Part shown: positions 27,815 through 38,379 of the stretch, piece after piece | Layout of the letters: the number at the start of each line of letters is the position of its first letter | How positions within the stretch are numbered: the first letter of the stretch is position 1 | Source: an uncultured Bacilli bacterium | GTDB lineage: Bacteria > Bacillota_I > Bacilli_A > RF39 > UBA660 | DNA: 64,000 bases | NCBI GenBank assembly: GCA_910589375.1 | Contig: CAJUTK010000002.1 | Coordinates: 437,651 to 501,650, forward strand | Reading direction: 5' to 3' | Program-made: the position numbers and the translations under genes | Notes under the pieces: model-generated | Databases searched by the model: none | What the model was told of the DNA's origin: nothing | Seen by the model: the letters and a program-made list of their open reading frames with translations, nothing else

Positions 27815-28771
27815 ATGAACACTAAATTAAGTATAATTATACCTGTATATAATGTAGAAAAATATTTGCATAGATGCATGGATTCCATATTAGCAAACAA
27901 CGGTATTAACAATTGTGAAATCATTTTAGTAGATGATGGCTCTAAAGATAAATCTCCTATTATATGCGACGAATACGCAAAAAAATACGACAACATTATA
28001 GCTTTTCATACCAAAAATGGAGGAGCTTCTAGTGCTAGAAATTATGGGATAACAAAAGCAACTGGAGATTATATATGGTTTATAGACAGTGATGATAAAA
28101 TTGATAATTGTATTGAGTACTTTATAAATATTATGAAAAATGAAGCTCCTGATATTATAGTTTGTCAATCAAAAATTGTAAATGAAAATAATGACATATA
28201 CGATGAATGTAAATATACAATTCCTAAAGGCAATTATACAAGTGAAGAATTGATGAGCACATTAAAGAAACATCCTAAGAGTGTAATCTTCTGCCCACAA
28301 TATTATATTGTTAGGAGAAATTTTATTATAGAGAATTCATTGTATTTTTATGAAGGAATTATTTATGAAGATGAACTATGGATTCCACAGTTGTTATTGA
28401 AAAGTAAAAAAATTTATTATAGTAATAAAAACATTTATTATCATTTTATGATTAGCACTTCTGTTATGCATTCTACCAAAATGGAGAAATGTGGAAGAAG
28501 CGACTTTATAGTTGCAACTGAATTATTTAAAATTTTCGATTTATCTAATAGAAAGGACTTGGCATTCCTAAGGGATAGAAGTGCTAATATATTCTTACAG
28601 GCAGTATGGAAAATTTCAAACTTTTTAGAGGAAAAAGAAAATATCAATAGAGCTTTACCACTAAAAAATTCCTATTTTATAAAAACAAGATTTAAAAGTT
28701 TATTATATTTTTTATCCCCTAAAGCTTATCTTTTAATACATAGACATTATGCAAAGAATGAAAAGAGGTAA
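27815..28771 (+). CDS. family-2 glycosyltransferase
   Basis: IIIPVYNVEKYL ... VDDGSKDKS ... FIDSDD motifs. Confidence 0.85.
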   Translation: MNTKLSIIIPVYNVEKYLHRCMDSILANNGINNCEIILVDDGSKDKSPIICDEYAKKYDNIIAFHTKNGGASSARNYGITKATGDYIWFIDSDDKIDNCIEYFINIMKNEAPDIIVCQSKIVNENNDIYDECKYTIPKGNYTSEELMSTLKKHPKSVIFCPQYYIVRRNFIIENSLYFYEGIIYEDELWIPQLLLKSKKIYYSNKNIYYHFMISTSVMHSTKMEKCGRSDFIVATELFKIFDLSNRKDLAFLRDRSANIFLQAVWKISNFLEEKENINRALPLKNSYFIKTRFKSLLYFLSPKAYLLIHRHYAKNEKR

Positions 28772-28777
28772 TTTAAA

Positions 28778-29854
28778 ATGAAAAATATTGGCTTAATCAC
28801 TATTATCGATAATGATAATTATGGGAATAGGCTTCAAAATTATGCATTAGGAAGGTATTTAGAAAAAAATTTTAATGTTAAAGTAACAACTTTATTAAAT
28901 GATGATTTTTCTAATGAAAAAAAATTATATTTTATTAGAAAAATAAAACATATATTAGTTGGTAAAAAGTATAAAAAAGTTTTAAATAAAAAAAGATATG
29001 CTAGCTTTTCATCTTTTAATAGTAATATTAACTTTACAAGCAAAAAAATCAATTGCTTTTCAACTTTAAAAGAATATGACTTTATAATTGTAGGAAGTGA
29101 CCAAGTCTGGAATCCCTACTTTAGACGGTTAAGAGATGTGGATGTGTTAAAAAATGTTCCCGTCTCAAAAAGAATAGCATATGCTGCTTCATTCGGTGTT
29201 GCTAATATCGCAGAAAAGTATAATTCTAAATTTAAAGAAATTCAAAAATTTAAAGCCATTTCCGTTAGAGAAAAGACCGGAGAAGAATTATTAAGGAAGA
29301 AAATCGTAAGAAATGATATAGAGGTATTAGTGGATCCAACAATGCTGATTTCTTCCAACGAATGGAATAATGTAATAAAAAAGCCAAAAGAAAAATTGGA
29401 AGATAAATATATCCTTCTTTATTTTTTAGGCGAAATAAATACTTATAGAAAAAACTCTATAAAAGAATTTGCAGCTAAATATGATTGTAAAATAATTAAT
29501 GTACTTGATAAGGAATCTTCATACTATGAATATGGTCCTGGGGAATTTCTATATTTGATAAAAAATGCTTTTTTAATCTGTACTGATTCATTTCATTCAT
29601 GTGTTTTTTCAATAATTTTTGACAAACCATTTGTTGTTTTTGAAAGAGAACAAAATCATATGCAATCTATGAACACTAGAATAGAAACATTATTAGATAA
29701 ATTTGAACTGTCAAATCAAATTTACAATGGTACAAATATATCTAGCAACAATCTTAAACATGATTATAATAGAGCTTTTAATATATTAAAAGAAGAACAA
29801 AAAAGAAGTTATTCATTTTTTGTTAATGCATTAGAAATAAAGGATAGTGATTAA
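28778..29854 (+). CDS. polysaccharide pyruvyl transferase
   Basis: N-terminal NYGNRLQNYAL and VGSDQVWNP motifs, typical of the CsaB/WcaK-type pyruvyl transferase family. Confidence 0.7.
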   Translation: MKNIGLITIIDNDNYGNRLQNYALGRYLEKNFNVKVTTLLNDDFSNEKKLYFIRKIKHILVGKKYKKVLNKKRYASFSSFNSNINFTSKKINCFSTLKEYDFIIVGSDQVWNPYFRRLRDVDVLKNVPVSKRIAYAASFGVANIAEKYNSKFKEIQKFKAISVREKTGEELLRKKIVRNDIEVLVDPTMLISSNEWNNVIKKPKEKLEDKYILLYFLGEINTYRKNSIKEFAAKYDCKIINVLDKESSYYEYGPGEFLYLIKNAFLICTDSFHSCVFSIIFDKPFVVFEREQNHMQSMNTRIETLLDKFELSNQIYNGTNISSNNLKHDYNRAFNILKEEQKRSYSFFVNALEIKDSD

Positions 29855-29856
29855 TC

Positions 29857-31374
29857 TTGGAAAATAGAACAAAAAACGTATCTCGAAATATGATTTTTAG
29901 TACACTTCTAAAATTGTATCAAATATTTGTTCCTTTTTTAATAAGAACAGTAATGATACGTTTTATGGGGATAGATTATCTGGGGTTAAATAGTTTATTT
30001 ACATCTATATTGTCAGTATTAAATTTAGCAGAACTTGGAGTAGGGAGTGCAATGGTATTTAGCATGTACAAACCAGTCGCTGATAAAGATGAAAAAAAAA
30101 TATGTGCGATGATGAGACTATATAAAAAATACTATACAATGGTTGGAGTTTTTATCTTTGCTTTTGGATTAATACTATGTCCCTTTATTCCATTTTTTAT
30201 AAAAAGTGATATACCGCCAAACATAAATATATATATAATTTATTTAATAAATTTATTTTTAACAGTAATCTCCTATTGGTTATTTGCATATAAAAATAGT
30301 ATTTTGCAAGCTCATCAAAGATTAGATATTATTAGTAAAGTTGCGCTTTTTACAAATACAATACAATATTTACTTCAAATATTTGTGATATGTATATATA
30401 AGAATTACTATTTATATTTAATAGTTTCAGTATTCACGCAAATCTTAAATAATTTATTAATCTCTTTAGTAGTAAGTAAAAAATATCCTCAATATAAAGC
30501 ACATGGTAGTCTAAATAAAAATGAGATATATAAAATTAATCAGAGAGTCAAAGATTTGTTTGCATCAAAAGTAGGAGCAATTATATTAAATTCTGCAGAC
30601 ACAATTGTCATTTCAGCCTTTTTAGGGCTTAATACACTAGCTATTTATCAAAACTATTTTTTTATAGTTTCAGCTTTATATGGAATTATGACAGTGATTC
30701 TAAATTCATGTACTGCAAGTATTGGAAATAGTATTTTATTGGAAACAGATAATAAAAATTATAATGATTTCAGCAAAATTACATTTCTCATGACTTGGGT
30801 TTATGGACTACTATGTTGTGAAATGTTAGTACTATATCAAACATTTATGCATTTATGGGTTGGCCCAGAATTAATGTTAGAATATAATATTGTAATTTTA
30901 CTAGTAATATATTTTTACATTTATTCACAAATACAAATTCTATGTGTTTATAAAGATGCTGCAGGGATGTGGCATTCTGATAGATTACGTCCACTAGTAA
31001 CTGGTATTACAAATTTAATTATAAATATCGTTTTGATTCATTTTATTGGTTTATTTGGAGTTTTACTTTCAACAATACTTAGTTTACTATTAATTGGTTA
31101 TCCTTGGTTATTAAATTCTTTATTTAAGGAAGTATTTTTTAAAAACAAAAGAGAGTTTATATTTGATTTATGTAAGTATACCATTTGTATATTTGCTATT
31201 AGTTGTATCTGCATTTTTATTTCAAACTTTTATACTGGATTTTCTGTAAAAGATTTTTTTATTCAAGCATTACTCGTATTTTTAATTTTTAATAGTATAT
31301 GGTACTTAGTATTTAGAAAAAATAATAATTTTAAAATGGCTTATAAGAAAATTAAAAATATGTTATTAAGATAA
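29857..31374 (+). CDS. Wzx-type polysaccharide flippase (MOP superfamily)
   Basis: About 14 TM segments and position in the locus; TTG start 3 nt after the preceding stop. Confidence 0.75.
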   Translation: MENRTKNVSRNMIFSTLLKLYQIFVPFLIRTVMIRFMGIDYLGLNSLFTSILSVLNLAELGVGSAMVFSMYKPVADKDEKKICAMMRLYKKYYTMVGVFIFAFGLILCPFIPFFIKSDIPPNINIYIIYLINLFLTVISYWLFAYKNSILQAHQRLDIISKVALFTNTIQYLLQIFVICIYKNYYLYLIVSVFTQILNNLLISLVVSKKYPQYKAHGSLNKNEIYKINQRVKDLFASKVGAIILNSADTIVISAFLGLNTLAIYQNYFFIVSALYGIMTVILNSCTASIGNSILLETDNKNYNDFSKITFLMTWVYGLLCCEMLVLYQTFMHLWVGPELMLEYNIVILLVIYFYIYSQIQILCVYKDAAGMWHSDRLRPLVTGITNLIINIVLIHFIGLFGVLLSTILSLLLIGYPWLLNSLFKEVFFKNKREFIFDLCKYTICIFAISCICIFISNFYTGFSVKDFFIQALLVFLIFNSIWYLVFRKNNNFKMAYKKIKNMLLR

Positions 31375-31389
31375 AGAAAAGGTGAGTTT

Positions 31390-32505
31390 ATGAAAATACT
31401 ATTTATTGGAGGAACAGGTCGATTAAGTAGCGATATCGCTAAGAAATCTGTGGATATTGGAAATGAAGTCTATTTAATTACACGAGGAAGTTCTCAAAGA
31501 AAAAAATTTATTGATGAACGCTATAATATGATTTATAGTGATATAACAAATATATCTGAAACACAAGAAAAAATTAGTGAATTACAATTTGATGTAGTAA
31601 TAGATTTTCTCACCTATAATTTAGAAGATTTAAAAAGAACTCTAAAAATAATAGAAAATCATTATAAACAATACATTTTTATTTCTACAGCCACTGTATA
31701 TAAGAAAAGTCGAGAGAAAGAAGTAATATCTGAGAATAAAACTGAGGTAGGAAATGATAAATGGATTTATGCATATAAAAAATATCAATGTGAAAAATAT
31801 TTGGAAACATACTTCAATAATAGAACTGAAAAATATACGATAGTCAGACCTTATGTAACATATAATCAAACACGAGTTCCATATCCATTAGCTCCTGGGA
31901 ATCCATTACACGAGTTTTCAATTATAAAACGAATTAAGGATGATAAACCAATTGTCTTGTTTGACAATGGAATGACGCGAACTACAATTACTAATTCAAA
32001 AGATTTTGCGAATGGCATAGTAGGATTATATTTAAACAAAAATGCATACAATAATGCATTTCATATAACATCGGATGAAACTGTAACATGGAGAAATGTT
32101 ATTGAATATATTGGGCAATATTATAATAAGCAGGTTTTAATAAAAGATTTAAAGATAAATGCTATTGTAAAAAAATATCCACTATATAATCCAATTTTGA
32201 ATGGAGATAAAGCTCACCAAATGGTTTTTGATTCTTCAAAAATTAAAAGGGTAGTAAAAAATTTCAAATGCGCTATAAGTTTAAAACAGGGTATTTTTGA
32301 AACGTTAAATTTTTATGAAAATAATAAAGAATTTCAAATAATTGATTACCTTTGGTATGGACGAATGGATAATATGTGTAATTCTAAAAAAGAAAAAATA
32401 TTCCCAAGTATAAAATCGAAAGTTCAATATATGGTTGGATACTATTCATTATTATTTAATCTATTTACTTTATTAAAAAAACTAAAAAATATGGTGGTAA
32501 AATGA
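31390..32505 (+). CDS. NAD-dependent epimerase/dehydratase-family protein
   Basis: Rossmann motif FIGGTGRLS and a YxxxK-like [10 protein letters not shown]. Confidence 0.65.
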   Translation: MKILFIGGTGRLSSDIAKKSVDIGNEVYLITRGSSQRKKFIDERYNMIYSDITNISETQEKISELQFDVVIDFLTYNLEDLKRTLKIIENHYKQYIFISTATVYKKSREKEVISENKTEVGNDKWIYAYKKYQCEKYLETYFNNRTEKYTIVRPYVTYNQTRVPYPLAPGNPLHEFSIIKRIKDDKPIVLFDNGMTRTTITNSKDFANGIVGLYLNKNAYNNAFHITSDETVTWRNVIEYIGQYYNKQVLIKDLKINAIVKKYPLYNPILNGDKAHQMVFDSSKIKRVVKNFKCAISLKQGIFETLNFYENNKEFQIIDYLWYGRMDNMCNSKKEKIFPSIKSKVQYMVGYYSLLFNLFTLLKKLKNMVVK

Positions 32506-33104
32506 AAAATATGTTAAGAACAATATTTATAAATATTTTCTATTATAAAAACATTATTCGAAATAAAGGATTTATAAAAGTAGAGGGAAAATGTCACTTT
32601 TGTTTAAAAAGAGGTTCTAAAATTTATTTAAACTCTAAATTAAGATTAGGAAGAAATAGTTTTGGATGTAGTAGGGAAACAACCATTAGAATGGATAAAA
32701 ATTCTAAAATGATTATTAATGGAGAAGCTGCATTTTTTTATGATAGTGATATTATTATTTTTCCAGGTGGTACTTTTACAATTGGAAAATCTTTTATAAA
32801 TAGTAATTCTAAAATTAGATGTCACAAAGCCATCACAATTGGAGATAATTGCGCAATATCTCATGATTTTACAGTGATGGATTCTAATGTTCATACACTA
32901 AATGGAACAAATAAGACAGCTGAAGTAAATATTGGAAATCATGTTTGGATTGGATCAAGAGTCACAGTATTAAGTGGTGTAGCAATAGGAGACGGCGCTG
33001 TTATAGGAGCAGGTAGCGTAGTTACAAAAGATATTCCAGAAAGATGTTTAGCAGTAGGAAACCCAGCTAAGATAATAAAAACAGATATTGAATGGAAGGA
33101 ATAG
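32502..33104 (+). CDS. hexapeptide-repeat (LbH) acetyltransferase
   Basis: [31 protein letters not shown] repeats. Confidence 0.85.
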   Translation: MKNMLRTIFINIFYYKNIIRNKGFIKVEGKCHFCLKRGSKIYLNSKLRLGRNSFGCSRETTIRMDKNSKMIINGEAAFFYDSDIIIFPGGTFTIGKSFINSNSKIRCHKAITIGDNCAISHDFTVMDSNVHTLNGTNKTAEVNIGNHVWIGSRVTVLSGVAIGDGAVIGAGSVVTKDIPERCLAVGNPAKIIKTDIEWKE

Positions 33105-34270
33105 TTAGGACGAATATTATGGAAATATGGCTAGAAAAAAATAAATGTACTGGTTGTGGAGCATGTAGTAACATATGCCCTAAAGGTGCTATTAAAATGG
33201 TAGAAGACGATTGCGGTTTTAAATATCCTATAATTGATAAAGAGTTATGTGTCGATTGTGGATTATGCAAAAGTACATGCCCAATTGTTTCGAAATATGA
33301 ACCAAATAGGTTAAATAAACCTATAGTCTATGCAACATGGTCAAATGATGCAGAGAATAGGTATATTAGTACATCTGGTGGCATGTTTTTTGAATTGGCC
33401 AAATACATAATAGAACATAATGGTTTCGTGGTCGGAGCAAGATATAACAAAGACAATATGGTAGAACATTATCTAGTAAATAATCTAATTGAATTAGAGT
33501 CTTTAAGACAATCCAAATATTTACAAAGTGATACTAAAAATATTTTTAAAGAGACATTAAATGCTATAAAAACTAAGAAATTAGTATTGTTTGCAGGTTC
33601 TCCTTGCCAAATAGCTGGATTATTAAAATTTTTGAAAAAAGAATATGACAATCTAATTACAGTTGAGTTTATCTGTAGAGGTGTCAATTCTCCAAAGGCA
33701 TATAGATCTTGGTTATCAGAAATAGAGTCATTAGAAAATTCTAAAGTGTCAAAAGTATGGTTTAAATATAAAATGAATGGGTGGAAAGCCTCCCCAAGAT
33801 GTACTAGAGTGGATTTTATTAATGGTAACTACAAAGTATACGATGGAAACTCAAATAAATACATGAATGGCTATTTGGGTCCTAATTTATACATAAGACC
33901 AAGTTGTGGAAATTGTTATTTTAAAGATTTACCTAGACAAGCAGATATAACGCTCGCAGACTTCTGGGGAATTACAAAAGACTTAGATGATGATAAAGGA
34001 ACCTCTCTAGTATTAATTAATTCTTTAAATGGACAAAAATATTTTAATTGTATTGAAAAAAATATCCATTTTGAAGAAAGGAATCTTAAAGAAATCTACG
34101 ATGGAAACACCTGTTTTAAAGAATCTGTTAAAATTAATAAGAAAAGTGAGAAATTCTTAAAAAGTTTAAGCGATAATAATTTTACAAAAATGTTAAACAA
34201 ATATAGTAAGTTATACTCAATAAAAGCAAAGTTATCATCACTAAAAAACAAAATTAAAAAAAATAACTAA
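33092..34270 (+). CDS. 2x[4Fe-4S] ferredoxin / coenzyme F420 hydrogenase-dehydrogenase beta-subunit-family protein
   Basis: [12 protein letters not shown] and [12 protein letters not shown] clusters, then a FrhB/FdhB-like region. The start could be ATG 33119. Confidence 0.7.
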   Translation: MEGIVRTNIMEIWLEKNKCTGCGACSNICPKGAIKMVEDDCGFKYPIIDKELCVDCGLCKSTCPIVSKYEPNRLNKPIVYATWSNDAENRYISTSGGMFFELAKYIIEHNGFVVGARYNKDNMVEHYLVNNLIELESLRQSKYLQSDTKNIFKETLNAIKTKKLVLFAGSPCQIAGLLKFLKKEYDNLITVEFICRGVNSPKAYRSWLSEIESLENSKVSKVWFKYKMNGWKASPRCTRVDFINGNYKVYDGNSNKYMNGYLGPNLYIRPSCGNCYFKDLPRQADITLADFWGITKDLDDDKGTSLVLINSLNGQKYFNCIEKNIHFEERNLKEIYDGNTCFKESVKINKKSEKFLKSLSDNNFTKMLNKYSKLYSIKAKLSSLKNKIKKNN

Positions 34271-34319
34271 ATTTTATATATCAAAATTGTTATATATGTT
34301 TACAAAGGAGGAAGATACT

Positions 34320-35720
34320 ATGAATAAAAGTAAAATAGTTAAAATAATTATCAGTATAATCTATGTAATATTTAGTGCTATATTCATGCTTAAATTAAAT
34401 AGTATGGATGTTATTCCTAATAAATATTTGTTATTAGTACTTGGAGTAATAGTTCTACTTAATATCATCGCTAGTGCTTGTTTATTAGTAAAAAATAAGT
34501 GGCTAAAGATAATAACTGTACTTCTTTATTTACTATTAACAATAGGTTATGTAATAGGGATTATTTATGCGGATAAAACGAATGAATTTTTAGATAAAAC
34601 ATTTACTAATAATGAGATAGAATCTATTCAAATCCATTATTTACTATTAAGTAAAAAGAATTATAGTGATAAGGATTTATATAATAAGGATATCTATTAT
34701 AACTCAACAGACGATCATATAGAAGAAGCATTATTAAAATTAAATAAAGAAATAACTGCTAATATGAAAGATTTAAAAGATATCTCCAAAATATATGAAA
34801 AAGGAATATTCTTTATAACGGAATATACCTATAATGAATTACAAGAAAATTACGGTATTAACCCTAATGATTATAAAGTTCTAAAGAAAATAGAATTAGA
34901 ATTTAAAGTAGAAAAAGAAGAAATTGATAAAGAGAAAAAGGATTCTTATAATATCTATTTAGCAGCAAAAGATTTTTCTAATAATAGAATCGATTTAAAT
35001 AAAGTTATAACTGTTAATACGAAAACTAAAGAAATATTGATTACGAATGTTAATAGATTTTCTTATTTAGAGATTGAAGGAAAAGGAAAAAATAGATTGA
35101 GCTCTACTGGCTACTACGGAGTTCAATACAATAAAAAAGCAATAGAGCAATCATTGGGTATTGAAATTGATTACTATTTTTCAGTAGAAACAAGTGGCTT
35201 TGTAGAATTAGTTGATGCTATAGGCGGAATTGAATATTGTTCTGATGTTGCTTATACCACTACGCATGCTTTAGTATTAGGAACATATGATGATACAAAG
35301 GGTGAAAAATTGCATGTAAAAAAGGGTTGTCAGCACTTAAATGGTATTGAAACATTAACTGTAGCTAGGGAAAGAAATGCCTTCTCTGGATGGATTACTC
35401 AAAGAGAGAGAAATAATACCGCTATCATGGAAGATATATTAGAATCAGCTAAAAAGCCTTCTAATATTACTAGATACTTAAAAATATTAGAATCTATGGA
35501 AGGAATGTATAAAACGAATATTCCAAAGGAAACTATTCAAGATGGTATTAAAACATTATTAAATGATAAATGGTCAATTAAAAATCAAGAAATTGATGGA
35601 AAGTATGGAACAAATACCATTCTATTTGGAAAAGATAGAGGATATGTTTACTATTGGGATAAAGATAGTGTAAAAAAATGTAGTAAAGCTATCAATGATT
35701 TATATGCAAAGACTAAATAG
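34320..35720 (+). CDS. LytR-CpsA-Psr (LCP) family protein, divergent
   Basis: N-terminal TM helices. LCP-like blocks NIYLAAKD..NRIDLN and LNGIETLTVARERNAF...QRERNNTAIMEDIL. The AAAGGAGGA RBS favours ATG 34320. Confidence 0.7.
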   Translation: MNKSKIVKIIISIIYVIFSAIFMLKLNSMDVIPNKYLLLVLGVIVLLNIIASACLLVKNKWLKIITVLLYLLLTIGYVIGIIYADKTNEFLDKTFTNNEIESIQIHYLLLSKKNYSDKDLYNKDIYYNSTDDHIEEALLKLNKEITANMKDLKDISKIYEKGIFFITEYTYNELQENYGINPNDYKVLKKIELEFKVEKEEIDKEKKDSYNIYLAAKDFSNNRIDLNKVITVNTKTKEILITNVNRFSYLEIEGKGKNRLSSTGYYGVQYNKKAIEQSLGIEIDYYFSVETSGFVELVDAIGGIEYCSDVAYTTTHALVLGTYDDTKGEKLHVKKGCQHLNGIETLTVARERNAFSGWITQRERNNTAIMEDILESAKKPSNITRYLKILESMEGMYKTNIPKETIQDGIKTLLNDKWSIKNQEIDGKYGTNTILFGKDRGYVYYWDKDSVKKCSKAINDLYAKTK

Positions 35721-35747
35721 AGTATTAGACAAATAATACTCTTTTTT
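35719..35747 (+). terminator. intrinsic terminator
   Basis: AGAGTATTA/TAATACTCT stem followed by a T-run. Confidence 0.8.
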
Positions 35748-35842
35748 AGCTATGGAAATTCCATATACATAAGTATCTTCCATTATTCATAAAAAAAGGA
35801 TATAATAAAGTATAGTAATGAAAATAAAGTTTGAGGTGAAAT

Positions 35843-36853
35843 ATGAAAATACTTGTAACAGGTGGTTGTGGCTTTATTGGTAGTCATACCGTATGTGAAC
35901 TACTAGATAACGGATATGAAGTTGTTATCATTGATAATCTTTGCAATTCTAAAAAAGAAGTTATTTCTAAAATAGAAACTATTACTAATAAAAAAGTTTT
36001 ATTCTATGAAGGAGATGTTCGTGATAAGGAACTCCTTCATAAAATATTTCAGGATAATACTATTGATGGTGTTATTCACTTCGCTGGCTTAAAAGCAGTA
36101 GGGGAATCTGTTAAAATTCCTCTAAGTTATTATCGCAATAATATTGATTCTACGCTTACACTATTAGAAGTAATGCAAGAATCAAATTGTAAAAATATCG
36201 TATTCTCCTCTAGTGCTACTGTCTATGGGATTCAAGAAAGCCCAAAGTATGTTGAAACGATGGAAAGAGGAAAAACATCTAGTCCGTATGGAGAAACAAA
36301 AGCAATGATTGAAAAGATACTAGAAGACTTATATGCTAGTGATCCAACTTTTAAAATTACGATACTAAGATATTTTAATCCAATAGGAGCTCATAAAAGT
36401 GGTTTAATTGGAGAAAATCCAAATGGAATTCCTAATAATTTAATGCCTTATATTTTAAAAGTTGCTACTCATGAATTACCAGAACTTACTATATTTGGAA
36501 ATGACTATGATACCATTGATGGGACTTGTATTAGAGACTACATTCACGTAGTAGATTTAGCAAAAGGACATATTAAAGCTTTAGAACATGCCCATAAAAG
36601 TAATCCTAATATATATACTTACAATTTAGGATCTGGCCATGGTGTAAGTGTAGCTGAAATTGTAACTGCTTTTGAAAAAGTAAATAAATTAAAATTAAAT
36701 TATAAATTTGGAGCTAGAAGAGAAGGGGACTTACCAGAATTTTATGCAGATCCTTCTAAAGCATTAAAAGAATTGGGCTGGAAAACGGAAGAAACATTAG
36801 AAGATATGTGTAAGGATAGTTATCATTTTATTATAAAAGAAAAGGGAGAATAA
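35843..36853 (+). CDS. galE: UDP-glucose 4-epimerase
   Basis: VTGGCGFIGSH, the YGETK catalytic motif, and a GalE-like C-terminus. Confidence 0.9.
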   Translation: MKILVTGGCGFIGSHTVCELLDNGYEVVIIDNLCNSKKEVISKIETITNKKVLFYEGDVRDKELLHKIFQDNTIDGVIHFAGLKAVGESVKIPLSYYRNNIDSTLTLLEVMQESNCKNIVFSSSATVYGIQESPKYVETMERGKTSSPYGETKAMIEKILEDLYASDPTFKITILRYFNPIGAHKSGLIGENPNGIPNNLMPYILKVATHELPELTIFGNDYDTIDGTCIRDYIHVVDLAKGHIKALEHAHKSNPNIYTYNLGSGHGVSVAEIVTAFEKVNKLKLNYKFGARREGDLPEFYADPSKALKELGWKTEETLEDMCKDSYHFIIKEKGE

Positions 36854-36875
36854 CTCTCTTTTTTTATATCAAAAT

Positions 36876-36904
36876 TTGAAAATCACAAACAAATGTGCTA
36901 TAAT
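36876..36904 (+). promoter_or_regulatory. near-consensus extended -10 promoter (distal) upstream of cpsC-like gene
   Basis: TTGAAA, a 17-nt spacer, TGcTATAAT. Confidence 0.55.
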
Positions 36905-36957
36905 AAGCCACATTTAAGGGATATTGCCTAAAATACAAGGTTTTACCTTATAAAAAT

Positions 36958-36986
36958 TTGCAAATAGCCTATAGTTATGTTATAAT
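36958..36986 (+). promoter_or_regulatory. near-consensus extended -10 promoter (proximal) upstream of cpsC-like gene
   Basis: TTGCAA, a 17-nt spacer, TGtTATAAT; GGGGGA RBS follows. Confidence 0.6.
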
Positions 36987-37012
36987 AGCGGTCGTTTTAA
37001 GGGGGAAAAATA

Positions 37013-37708
37013 ATGGAAGAAATCGACTTAAAAGAGTTATTACGATATGGATATCGTAAAAAATTTATCATCATTGCAACTACACTAATTATTGTACTAA
37101 TTAGTATGATTTATTTTGGGTTTATTCAAAAACCAAAATATGTATCATCTACCACATTAATACTTACTGGTTTTTCTAGTAATAGTGAGAAAGACACTAT
37201 CAATAATAACGATTTAACAATTAACCAGAAATTAGTTACTACTTATCAAGAAATTACAAAAACAAGAAAGGTATTAAATCAAGTAATTGATAATTTAAAA
37301 CTTGACTACACGGCATCTGAGCTTGCTAGTCACATTTCTGTTACAGGGGTAACCAATACAGAAATTATTAAAATATCAGTAAGTGATACGAAACCAGAAT
37401 TAGCTGCTAAGATTGCTAATGAAATAGCAGTCATCTTCAGTGCTGAAGTAAAAGAAATATATAATTTATCTAATATTAGTATTCTAGACGTTGCTGAAGT
37501 TGCAAAAGCACCATCCAATATTAGTTTCTTCAAAGCAACAATGATTGCTTTGGTAGTAGGATTTATTTTAAGTATTGGAATAGTATTTGTCATTTTCTAT
37601 TTTGATAATACTATTAAGAGTGTAGAACAATTAGAAGAAAAATTTGATGTACCAATTTTAGGTACTGTTCCAACTTATAGTGTTGTAAAAAGGGAGGAAA
37701 GAGCATGA
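37013..37708 (+). CDS. Wzz/CpsC-type chain-length determinant (tyrosine kinase transmembrane modulator)
   Basis: Two TM helices flanking a periplasmic-type loop; 4-nt overlap with the downstream kinase gene. Confidence 0.8.
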   Translation: MEEIDLKELLRYGYRKKFIIIATTLIIVLISMIYFGFIQKPKYVSSTTLILTGFSSNSEKDTINNNDLTINQKLVTTYQEITKTRKVLNQVIDNLKLDYTASELASHISVTGVTNTEIIKISVSDTKPELAAKIANEIAVIFSAEVKEIYNLSNISILDVAEVAKAPSNISFFKATMIALVVGFILSIGIVFVIFYFDNTIKSVEQLEEKFDVPILGTVPTYSVVKREERA

Positions 37709-38376
37709 GTGAATTAGTAGTAAGAGAAAACCCTAAATCAGCTATTGCAGAATCCATCCGTGTTATTAGAACAAATATTCAATATACATTAAAATTAAAA
37801 AAGAGTAAAACAATTTTAGTAACCTCTACTAGTAAAGGAGAGGGGAAAAGCTTTGTAAGTTTGAACTTAGCTATCTCATTCGCACAGAAAAACTTAAAAG
37901 TTTTACTAGTTGACTCTGATTTGCGTTTAGGTAGATTACATAAAGTATTTAATACAAGCTGTGATAAAGGATTATCTGTCCTATTATGTGATAATGATGG
38001 AGAAAATTATCAAAAGTATATTCAAAAAACAGGAATTAAAAACTTATCTTTTATTCCAAGAGGAATAGTTCCTCCAAACCCAAGTGAACTATTAGACTCT
38101 AATAACGTAAAAACATTTATTAGTGCTGTAGAGCCACATTTCGACATTATTATTTTTGATGGTACTCCAATTACTGGTTTAACTGATTCTTTAGTATTTA
38201 GTAAGTACATTGATAAAGCTGTAGTAGTATGCGCTGCTAACATTACCAAAACAGATATGCTTGAAAAGACTATAAAGAGTCTTAAAAATTTAGAAGTAGA
38301 TATCGCAGGTATTGTATTGAACAGGGTAACAAATACTATTACAAGTTCTTACTATGGAAATTACTATTCCGAGTAA
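37705..38376 (+). CDS. CpsD/CapB-type BY tyrosine-protein kinase
   Basis: Walker A TSTSKGEGKS, A' LLVDSDLR, Walker B IIIFDGTP and a C-terminal Tyr cluster SSYYGNYYSE. Confidence 0.9.
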   Translation: MSELVVRENPKSAIAESIRVIRTNIQYTLKLKKSKTILVTSTSKGEGKSFVSLNLAISFAQKNLKVLLVDSDLRLGRLHKVFNTSCDKGLSVLLCDNDGENYQKYIQKTGIKNLSFIPRGIVPPNPSELLDSNNVKTFISAVEPHFDIIIFDGTPITGLTDSLVFSKYIDKAVVVCAANITKTDMLEKTIKSLKNLEVDIAGIVLNRVTNTITSSYYGNYYSE

Positions 38377-38379
38377 ACT

